Shown: positions 56,777 to 64,000 of the stretch, piece by piece
Numbering within the stretch: the stretch's first letter is position 1
How the letters are laid out: every line of letters starts with the position of its first letter
Assembly (NCBI GenBank): GCA_965140445.1
Contig: OZ223236.1
Coordinates: forward strand, 1,376,001 to 1,440,000
Direction: 5' to 3'
DNA from: Candidatus Ozemobacteraceae bacterium
GTDB taxonomy: Bacteria; Muiribacteriota; Ozemobacteria; Ozemobacterales; Ozemobacteraceae
DNA length: 64,000 bases
Made by a program: the position numbers and the translations under genes
Notes under the pieces: model-generated
Databases searched by the model: none
Seen by the model: only the letters and a program-made list of their open reading frames with translations
What the model was told of the DNA's origin: nothing

Positions 56777-58063
56777 TTGGGCGTAGATTTAAAAAAGATT
56801 ATTCCAGCTGAAGCGAAAGCTGGGTATGAATTAAAAATAGACTTAGAAATCATCACAAATTTAATTATAAAAGAACTTTATGTTCACGGGAAAGAGGTTC
56901 CAAGAAAATTAGCTAAGCATTTAAAGGTAAATACCGAAATCGTTCAACAGATTATTGCTGAGCTTAAAAAAGGCGAAATTGTTGGCATGGTCGGTGGAAC
57001 AGGAATGGGCTCAGATTATCAGTATGGCCTTTATCCAAAAGGAACTGAGCGTGCTAAGAACATTCTGGATCGTGATACTTACGTTGGTCCTGCTCCGGTA
57101 AGTTTTGATGAATATATTAGAATTACAAACGAGGTCCTAGCAGAAAATAAACAGGGATTTGCAATCAATAGAGCTTTGATGGAGGACAAATTCTCGCATC
57201 ATCTTGGTTACAAAGATGTTCTGTTTCAAATCGGGCAAGCTGTTTGTGCCAGAAAACCTGCTTTTGTGTATGGTTTCCCTGGAAACGGTAAAACTTTCCT
57301 TTGTAGCTCGGTTGTTAAGTTGCTTCCACCTATGATTGTTCCTTATGCAGTTGATGTTGGAAATCAGCTGGTTAGAATTTATGACCCAAGCTGTCATCAA
57401 ATAATTGAAGATTTTGATATGGATGGTCTTGATGAAAGATGGGTTGCTGTTCATCCACCATTGATTACTGCAGGTGGGGAATTGACTCTTGAGGATCTCG
57501 AAGTTAAGTTTAACCCAAAATTTGGGTGTTTCGATGCTCCACCACAGGTTAAAGCTACGGGCGGCGTTCTTCTGATAGACGATTTGGGACGTCAGAGATG
57601 TGGAGTCGAAGAAATATTCAATAGATTCATTATTCCTCTGGAAAACAAAATTGATTATCTTGTTCTTGGCGGACAAAGAATGCAAGTTCCTACTGATGAA
57701 ATTGTTCTTTTCAGTACTAACCTTGATCCAATGAAGATTGTTGATGATGCATTTTTAAGACGGTTGCCCTACAAAATTAATGTTAGAAATCCACGGGTAG
57801 ATGAATATTCTGAAATATGGAAGTCTATGTCCAGCAAGCTGGGTCTGGTCTTTGATCAAGCAAATATCGACTATGTTTTAACTCTTTATAAACGTGATAA
57901 AAGAGGGCTTAGGGCAGTTCATCCAAGGGATATTCTAAATATTGTCAGGGATAGAAAGCGCTATTTGGAAAACCCAGAAACTTCTATTACTCAAGAAGAG
58001 CTTGATGAAGCTTATGGAATCTACTTTGTAAGTGACCTTACTCTAGTTGAAACAATTGAATAG
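56777..58063 (+). CDS. AAA+ ATPase with putative N-terminal winged helix
   Basis: Walker A GFPGNGKT, Walker B LLIDDLGRQ, STNLDP, DAFLRR. TTG start at 56777 follows AAGGAG. Confidence 0.85.
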   Translation: MGVDLKKIIPAEAKAGYELKIDLEIITNLIIKELYVHGKEVPRKLAKHLKVNTEIVQQIIAELKKGEIVGMVGGTGMGSDYQYGLYPKGTERAKNILDRDTYVGPAPVSFDEYIRITNEVLAENKQGFAINRALMEDKFSHHLGYKDVLFQIGQAVCARKPAFVYGFPGNGKTFLCSSVVKLLPPMIVPYAVDVGNQLVRIYDPSCHQIIEDFDMDGLDERWVAVHPPLITAGGELTLEDLEVKFNPKFGCFDAPPQVKATGGVLLIDDLGRQRCGVEEIFNRFIIPLENKIDYLVLGGQRMQVPTDEIVLFSTNLDPMKIVDDAFLRRLPYKINVRNPRVDEYSEIWKSMSSKLGLVFDQANIDYVLTLYKRDKRGLRAVHPRDILNIVRDRKRYLENPETSITQEELDEAYGIYFVSDLTLVETIE

Positions 58064-58094
58064 TTAATTTTTTACTCAGCGGCAGGGAACTTTC

Positions 58095-59021
58095 TTGTTC
58101 TCTGCCGCTGAATTTTATCTCTTTGATTCCAGGGGAAAGCATTTGAACTGGATTTTCTTTGTAGAAGGAACTATTGCGGGCTTGCTTGCTGGTTATGCAA
58201 GCTGGCTGGTTGCTCCTGCAGGAATTTCCTGGAATGTTTTGTTGAATTTTCAAACCACAATTCTTACTGTGGGCGTTTTTTCTGGAGTTTTTACTGGGAT
58301 TATCTATGCAATTCCACATCTCAGTAGAGAAAGGCGATTAAAAAAATTCTTAGGACAATTGCTCCCTGGGACATCAGTGGGCCTGGCTATTCCAATGCTG
58401 GGAGGGGTTGTTTATACAATCTTTGCTGAAATAGTAGTTGAACATTTAAATGTTCCCGGAGGGGTTGTCAGGTTTTTCTGGTGGCTTTTGCTGTCCATAT
58501 TAATCTCTACCGGTTTTGGCATTTTAAATCACTCTTTAAAGATAATGTGCAGAACAATGATGGGGCTTATACCTTCCTTTCTTATATCTGGGGTAATGTT
58601 AGATAAGATTTTTCTTCCTCACGAAGAGTATCTAAAAGGTGCACTATTTATTGGAGTAATAATTGCTGTCGGATATGTTGTTTCCTGGGAGCTTTTAAAA
58701 GATGCATGGCTTGAGGAAGAAATAAACTCATCAGTAACATTCAGATATTTCATTGATTCTGCCGATTTTATAATAGGATCATCTGATAACTGTGATCTGA
58801 GTCTTGAGGATGGACCAGAGCAGATCCTTTGTATTAGCTGCAATGATGGAGTTCATGCCCTTGATGTGTTAGCGGAGGAACATAGGATCGTAGTAAATTC
58901 ATCTAGAATCAGGCATAGAGTTTTGGTCGATGGCGATGTGATAAGTATTGGAAACCGAAAGTTTGTTTATCACTCAAAGCTTGCTCGATCAAGAGACATT
59001 ATTCCTGAGGCTTTTGCCTGA
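58095..59021 (+). CDS. Multi-pass membrane protein with C-terminal degenerate FHA-like domain
   Basis: About 6 hydrophobic segments; FIIGSSDNCDL...VVN...LVDGDVISIG FHA pattern. Confidence 0.7.
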   Translation: MFSAAEFYLFDSRGKHLNWIFFVEGTIAGLLAGYASWLVAPAGISWNVLLNFQTTILTVGVFSGVFTGIIYAIPHLSRERRLKKFLGQLLPGTSVGLAIPMLGGVVYTIFAEIVVEHLNVPGGVVRFFWWLLLSILISTGFGILNHSLKIMCRTMMGLIPSFLISGVMLDKIFLPHEEYLKGALFIGVIIAVGYVVSWELLKDAWLEEEINSSVTFRYFIDSADFIIGSSDNCDLSLEDGPEQILCISCNDGVHALDVLAEEHRIVVNSSRIRHRVLVDGDVISIGNRKFVYHSKLARSRDIIPEAFA

Positions 59022-59036
59022 TGTTAGGAGTGAAAT

Positions 59037-59363
59037 ATGAAATTAGAATTTGATTCAAGAGGGGACTATTCAATCATTAAGGTTTTTGGCGAGGTGGATA
59101 TTTCCAATTTTAAGCAGTTGGAAGAATCTATTGCTGAATACAAAGAACTGTCTTTTCAAAAGGTTTTGTTTGATTTTTCAGAGCTTGAGTATATTGATAG
59201 CTCTGGAGTAGGGGTTCTTGTTAGACTTTTTCGCGCAGTGGATAAGAACGAAGGAAGTGTTGGAATTGCCGGGTGCAGAGAATGCATTGAGAAGAATTTT
59301 AAACTTCTCAAGCTGGACAATTTCTTTGCTTTTTATGGAAATGTGGACGAGGCCTTAATCTAG
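59037..59363 (+). CDS. STAS anti-sigma factor antagonist (RsbV/SpoIIAA family)
   Basis: GEVDIS, DFSELEYIDSSGVGVL with the phosphoacceptor Ser. Confidence 0.92.
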   Translation: MKLEFDSRGDYSIIKVFGEVDISNFKQLEESIAEYKELSFQKVLFDFSELEYIDSSGVGVLVRLFRAVDKNEGSVGIAGCRECIEKNFKLLKLDNFFAFYGNVDEALI

Positions 59364-59364
59364 C

Positions 59365-60093
59365 TTAAAATACTGATTGTGGTGCATTTACCGGGCCGGG
59401 GGCTTGTTTCTCTTTAATTAACGATACAATCCATTCCAGGCACTCTGTTGTTAAGATAAAGCCTTTTCTCACGCTAAGTCTGAGTGACCCTTTTTTGCCC
59501 ACTGTAGCTGTGAGGGGGCCAAGCGGAGTATCCATAATACCGGCAACACTATCGATACCGTGATTTCTTGGGTCGATTATGTTATAGCCGATATAGCTTT
59601 CGATATGACCCGCAAGTCTTGCTCTTCTGACTTCTTTGTCTTTTGGATTAGTTAATACAATCGACTTTAGTTTGGTCATTCTTTCCTGGAGCTGGTTCAT
59701 CTGATCAAATTCGAACTCGGTTAGCGAAACATTGCTTCCAGTCAGGCCGCAAAGGGCAAGTGAAAGTCCCTTCATTGGGCCAGGTCTACCAGTAGTGAAG
59801 ACGTAATTTTTGGTAGCAATAAATTCACAGCTTTCAATTCTTTTAAAAAGAGTTTTAGTTGAAATGCCTTCCACAAGGTGCTCTACTTCAAATGGGATAA
59901 TTCCACTGAAATAGCCTCTAATTAATTCACCATCAGTGTCACAATCATGAAATCCAGGTATTTCTGAATCAAGCAAAAACTGATCACCTTCTTGCATGAT
60001 GCGTTGGAAAGTGGCCTGAATATCTTCGATGTCACAATCCCAAATTTTCACAGAAATTGACGAACCCGCAATTTCGATTTCATTCAGCGACAT
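59365..60093 (-). CDS. Hypothetical cytoplasmic protein
   Basis: 242-aa ORF with GGAGG RBS; no family recognised. Confidence 0.75.
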   Translation of the reverse strand: MSLNEIEIAGSSISVKIWDCDIEDIQATFQRIMQEGDQFLLDSEIPGFHDCDTDGELIRGYFSGIIPFEVEHLVEGISTKTLFKRIESCEFIATKNYVFTTGRPGPMKGLSLALCGLTGSNVSLTEFEFDQMNQLQERMTKLKSIVLTNPKDKEVRRARLAGHIESYIGYNIIDPRNHGIDSVAGIMDTPLGPLTATVGKKGSLRLSVRKGFILTTECLEWIVSLIKEKQAPGPVNAPQSVF

Positions 60094-60241
60094 GGTGAAC
60101 CTCCAATTATAAATGTGTGGTTATTCTAATTCACTTGAAGCTTCATTTCAAGAAAGGTTTTTTCTAAAAATTGTACCATTGTTTTTACTTTTAACTTTAG
60201 CTGTGGTACTCTGCCTGAAAACGAATTTGTCGGAGTTGCAT

Positions 60242-60634
60242 GTGCCAAGACCTCTTTCAAGATCATTTATAATTTTTCTTTTTGTTTTGTTTCTTGCTCC
60301 AGCCTTTTCTCAAAGCCCTGGAACAGTAGGGGATCCTCTTGTTTCAAAGAGCTATATCGATCATTTTTTCAAATTCAGATCGGTTGTGTTACCTGCGAAA
60401 TCAAAACTTAACGCCAGTCCGGGAGCATTGATTGTAGTGCGTTCTGGATTAATTAAGCTTGAAGCAGCTAAGGGCAAAGGGCTTGTAGATTTAACAGCTG
60501 GAAAAGAGATTAAAAATGGCGAAATTATTCCTCTGAATCATTTGGTTATAATTCCTGATTCTGCTGGCTATACATTGCATGCTGAAAAACTGTCTCTTTT
60601 ACTTGCTTCATGCCTGGAAGAAGAAAAACCTTAA
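60242..60634 (+). CDS. Exported hypothetical protein (PG..DPLVSKSY motif)
   Basis: GTG start after GGAG; signal peptide ending AFS; DLTAG..I..G..IPLNHL. Confidence 0.65.
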   Translation: MPRPLSRSFIIFLFVLFLAPAFSQSPGTVGDPLVSKSYIDHFFKFRSVVLPAKSKLNASPGALIVVRSGLIKLEAAKGKGLVDLTAGKEIKNGEIIPLNHLVIIPDSAGYTLHAEKLSLLLASCLEEEKP

Positions 60635-60637
60635 ATA

Positions 60638-63600
60638 ATGAGCTTTTCAAGAAGAATTACAGGAATCTGGCTTGTAATATTACCCCTCTTATTGCCGGGG
60701 CTTTTGGTTGCCTCATGGCGGTGTTTTTTCCGACACGTTGCTGAGCAAAAAAATACCTTTGTAGAAACCGTCATAGACTTTGAAGAGCTTCGACAGCTTT
60801 CCAGAGAAGAGGGGTGGACATTAGATGAACTATTTTCCGAAGTTAAAAAAAGCGGAGCTAGTTCGGTAGCTATTTCTGAAGACACACTTACTTCATTAGA
60901 GTCTGAAGGCAGAATAACGGTTTTAAGCTTTCAGGAAATCCAAAAGCTTTCGATGGAAGAGGATCTTAAAGCAGTTATTCCTAATGGGATGGCGACAATG
61001 GGGGCTTTGTGGATTCATTCGCAGGATTCTTCTATTTTAGATAGGATCGAACAACAGCTTTCATGGAAATTAGCTGCTAAACATCTTTTCAGAATTCATC
61101 GAAACTTTTTGCTTATAAATAAATCCAGTGACGATTTTAAAAGTCGCGTTGGGCTTGGCTTTTCTGAACCTTATTTTGAGAAAGCAAGGGCACATGGGTT
61201 GGGTATTGTTGTAAGAGTATTTAATTATCCAGGCCTGACAGCGTCGTCTGCTGAAAGAATCGTAAATAGTCTTCCGGCACCAGCAAGTATTTCTGCTCTT
61301 CTTTTTGCTGAAGAGGAAATGCTTGGAAATAGAGGCGATTTAAAAGGGATTATTGAGCTGTTCCGAAATAGATCCTATCGCATCGGTTGGATCGAGTTTA
61401 ATACCCAGGAGGGCATTGGAAGCTATCTTAAAGGGCTGAGTTCTTCCCGACCCTTTGTAAGAGTTCATAGTATTAGCAGGAAGGAATTAGACCAGATTTA
61501 CAATGTAAAGCGAGCTGTTGCCAGATGGACTCGCGCCGTGAGAGATAGAAGCATGAAAATGCTCTATATTCGATGCTTTTTTCAAGATGAGAAGAGGTTT
61601 ATTGCAGACCTTGTCAGATATAATTTAGATTATCTTAAAAAGACTACAGACGAACTGCGCCGTTGGAACTATTCTATAGCAGAAAGCGAATCTCAGAGGC
61701 TATTTGAACCCAGACATATTATGGGTAAAATGAGTTTCCCTGAAAAGCTGGCAATGGGCATAGCTCTAATGCTTGGTTTGCCATGGCTAATAATGTTGGC
61801 TTTTCAAATTAGAAGTTCTGACAGGTATTTTATTGGGACAGCATTTGGGACCATTTTTATGTTTTTGGTGGTTCCTGAAAATCTTTTTGTATCAATAACG
61901 GGTTTGGTCGGAGCTATTACCTATGCGAGTATTGGTGTTATCTCCGCGGTAAGCTTTCTTGATGAGAAGAAGAGCTTTGGACTTAGAGAATATGTTGTAT
62001 TTTTTGCGCGACTTGTGTTTCCAGCCATTTTGGGAGGAATACTAATTGCAGGAATTTATTCTGAAGTAGAATTTCTCCTTAAATATAAGCAGTTCAGGGG
62101 AATTAAACTTGCTTTCCTTTTGCCTTTACTTATTTCTGGGCTTTGGGCTATTAGAAGATTTGGAAAAGGCTTTTTAAGATTTTTCTCTAAGCCTTTGAAT
62201 CCAATTAGCTCATTGATTGCCATAACCATGCTTGGTGGAATAGCAATTTATATCCTACGCTCTGGAAACGTAACTTTTATAAAGCCATCTGCGATTGAGG
62301 ACCAATTCAGAACCTTTTTGGAAGATACATTGATTGCAAGACCCAGAAACAAGGAGTTTTTGATTGGTTACCCGGCTTGCTTTCTGATTATATTTTTCTA
62401 CTTCAGGCGTTTGTATTCAATCATTCCAGTTCTCATTGTATTCCTGCAAATGGGGATGGTTTCAGTAGTGAATACCTTTTGCCACTTTCACAGTCCGCTT
62501 TTCCTAACTTTATTGAGGGTTTTTAATGGTTTGTGGACCGGGATTGCGGTAGGAATTATTGTTTTGGCACTTTTTAGGATTTCCCGCTTAATCTATTATC
62601 TTGGTGTGGAAAAAGGTAACTCAGTGATGCTTGTGGGCTATTTTGGCTTTGGTAATCTTGGTGATGAGCTTCTTCATTCCATTTTTTCCAGGAGAATATT
62701 AGAAGTTTTCCCCAAAATGAAGATTGCGGTTTTAAATCAGGGGCAAAGACAATCGAATGATTGCGAACAAGTTGAATTTGTTTCCAGAAAAGATCCTTTT
62801 GGAGTGCTTGAAGAGGTTTTTAAGGCTAAGTCTATTATTATTCCTGGCGGCGGAGTGCTGCAGTCTAAAACAAGCTTAAAAAGTCTTGTTTACTATTTAT
62901 CGCTGATAACAGTTGGTAGATTAGCTGGCGCAAAGATTTTGCTTCCTTCACAGGGGATGGGACCCTGGGGAGATTTATTGCTGGAAAAAAATCAATGGTT
63001 GAAAAGATGGCTTTTAAAAGAGCTAAAATCAGCAGAGATATTGACTGTCAGAGATTCAGAGTCACTTAGGCAGTTGGAAGCAATATCTGAAAATTTGGCA
63101 GAAAATATTGCTGTTGCTTCTGACCTTGTGTTTTTAAACAATGAATCTGTTCAGACAAAAGTTAAAGACGAAATTGAAAGCTTAAGGGTGGCTGCAATTC
63201 TTAGAGGTGACACTGAAGAATCGCCTTTTATTGCCAAATCATTGGTAGAAATGAGTGAAGAAATTGAAAACCTTGATTTGCATCCGATTGCTTTTCAGAC
63301 CTCTGAAGATGTTAAATCGTGGGATAATAGCGGGTTCGACGGTGAAGTGGAAGTCGTAAACTCTGGTAATTGTCTGAGCAGGTTAAAAGACTTTGACTTA
63401 ATTATTTCTGGGCGATTACACGGATGTATTTTAGCCGAAAGTTTGTTTATTCCATGGATTGGAATTGATTACGATCCTAAGGTTGATGGGTTTGCAAAAG
63501 AAGCAAAGTGGAAATACTGCTTTAAACCAGAGAAATTTGATCGGCAATTCCTGGAAAAAAAGATCGAAGAGATCGCTTTGAAAAGAGAAAAACTTTTGGA

Positions 63601-63679
63601 ATTACTTGCCAGAGAAAGAAAATACTTCTTTGGAAAGGCTGAAGAATCATTAGATCAGGTTATTAGAAGTATTCAATAA
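60638..63679 (+). CDS. csaB: Fusion of a DUF5693-like membrane protein and a CsaB-like polysaccharide pyruvyl transferase
   Basis: N-part: VRVHSI, RAVRDRS, FRGIKL, RPRNKEFLIGYP, VNTFCHFHSP. C-part: GYFGFGNLGDE, GGGVLQSKTS, SQGMGP, TVRD, RLHGCI, YDPKV. Single uninterrupted ORF. Confidence 0.8.
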   Translation: MSFSRRITGIWLVILPLLLPGLLVASWRCFFRHVAEQKNTFVETVIDFEELRQLSREEGWTLDELFSEVKKSGASSVAISEDTLTSLESEGRITVLSFQEIQKLSMEEDLKAVIPNGMATMGALWIHSQDSSILDRIEQQLSWKLAAKHLFRIHRNFLLINKSSDDFKSRVGLGFSEPYFEKARAHGLGIVVRVFNYPGLTASSAERIVNSLPAPASISALLFAEEEMLGNRGDLKGIIELFRNRSYRIGWIEFNTQEGIGSYLKGLSSSRPFVRVHSISRKELDQIYNVKRAVARWTRAVRDRSMKMLYIRCFFQDEKRFIADLVRYNLDYLKKTTDELRRWNYSIAESESQRLFEPRHIMGKMSFPEKLAMGIALMLGLPWLIMLAFQIRSSDRYFIGTAFGTIFMFLVVPENLFVSITGLVGAITYASIGVISAVSFLDEKKSFGLREYVVFFARLVFPAILGGILIAGIYSEVEFLLKYKQFRGIKLAFLLPLLISGLWAIRRFGKGFLRFFSKPLNPISSLIAITMLGGIAIYILRSGNVTFIKPSAIEDQFRTFLEDTLIARPRNKEFLIGYPACFLIIFFYFRRLYSIIPVLIVFLQMGMVSVVNTFCHFHSPLFLTLLRVFNGLWTGIAVGIIVLALFRISRLIYYLGVEKGNSVMLVGYFGFGNLGDELLHSIFSRRILEVFPKMKIAVLNQGQRQSNDCEQVEFVSRKDPFGVLEEVFKAKSIIIPGGGVLQSKTSLKSLVYYLSLITVGRLAGAKILLPSQGMGPWGDLLLEKNQWLKRWLLKELKSAEILTVRDSESLRQLEAISENLAENIAVASDLVFLNNESVQTKVKDEIESLRVAAILRGDTEESPFIAKSLVEMSEEIENLDLHPIAFQTSEDVKSWDNSGFDGEVEVVNSGNCLSRLKDFDLIISGRLHGCILAESLFIPWIGIDYDPKVDGFAKEAKWKYCFKPEKFDRQFLEKKIEEIALKREKLLELLARERKYFFGKAEESLDQVIRSIQ

Positions 63680-63707
63680 TTGATTGATTTTATAAATTAT
63701 TTGAGAC

Positions 63708-63748
63708 AAAAAAAACTCCCCAATCAGTCTAGCTGATGGGGAGTTTTT
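63708..63748. terminator. Bidirectional intrinsic terminator between the csaB fusion and ahcY
   Basis: AAAAACTCCCC-A-ATCAG-tctag-CTGAT-GGGGAGTTTTT hairpin flanked by A and T runs between convergent genes. Confidence 0.88.
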
Positions 63749-63757
63749 AGTATTAAA

Positions 63758-64000
63758 CTAGTATCTGTAGTGGTTTGGTTTATAAGGACCTTCTACTGGA
63801 ACTCCAATATAGTCTGCTTGGTCTTTTGAAAGCTTGGTAAGTTTAACACCGATTTTTTCAAGGTGAAGTCTTGCAACTTCTTCGTCAAGTTGTTTTGAAA
63901 GAGTGTAAACGCCAACTTTGCGATCACTTGTCCAGAGATCAAGCTGAGCAAGAGTCTGGTTTGTGAAAGAGTTGCTCATTACAAAGCTAGGATGACCAGT
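63758..64000 (-). CDS. ahcY: Adenosylhomocysteinase, C-terminal part (5' end outside the window)
   Basis: [15 protein letters not shown]...[10 protein letters not shown]...[20 protein letters not shown]. Confidence 0.96.
   Translation of the reverse strand, partial: TGHPSFVMSNSFTNQTLAQLDLWTSDRKVGVYTLSKQLDEEVARLHLEKIGVKLTKLSKDQADYIGVPVEGPYKPNHYRY

Noticed and set aside
1..64000. tRNA, rRNA, riboswitch, CRISPR array, IS or prophage
   Set aside because: Intergenic gaps are short (mostly under 180 bp) and none showed such structure by eye; no transposase, integrase or phage protein was recognised. A covariance-model scan was not possible.

Overview
Gene-dense (my estimate is high-30s % GC), core-like chromosomal region of an LPS-producing diderm bacterium. 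Its HEAT/TPR-rich proteome reminds me of Candidatus Riflebacteria, but that is an unverified impression. I saw no rRNA, tRNA, CRISPR array, transposase or phage gene. From left to right the window holds: (1) an LPS inner-core/lipid A cluster (three GT9 heptosyltransferases, waaA, lpxL-like) with asd; (2) an RsbW-like gene; (3) a seven-gene minus-strand operon encoding two paralogous solute-binding/OmpA fusions, a PspA/ESCRT-III-family protein, an ABC permease and ATPase, a 2-TM coiled-coil protein and a classical-clade AAA+ ATPase with a KWVG pore loop; (4) ftsEX-envC-ctpA running into three pilins and a pilBMNOP-HEAT-TPR-TPR operon that has a sigma28-like promoter; (5) a divergent pair of reciprocally degenerate pilT genes followed by more HEAT proteins; (6) apt, a NeuA-like transferase, a diguanylate cyclase, an MCP, dgt and pdp; (7) a FixL-type heme-PAS kinase paired with a receiver-PP2C phosphatase; (8) an AAA-FHA-STAS operon; (9) a DUF5693-like/CsaB fusion and the 3' end of ahcY. 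The best candidate for an under-described system is the PspA + AAA+ + ABC + SBP-OmpA operon (9062-18357). All family calls come from motif recognition by eye, without database searches.
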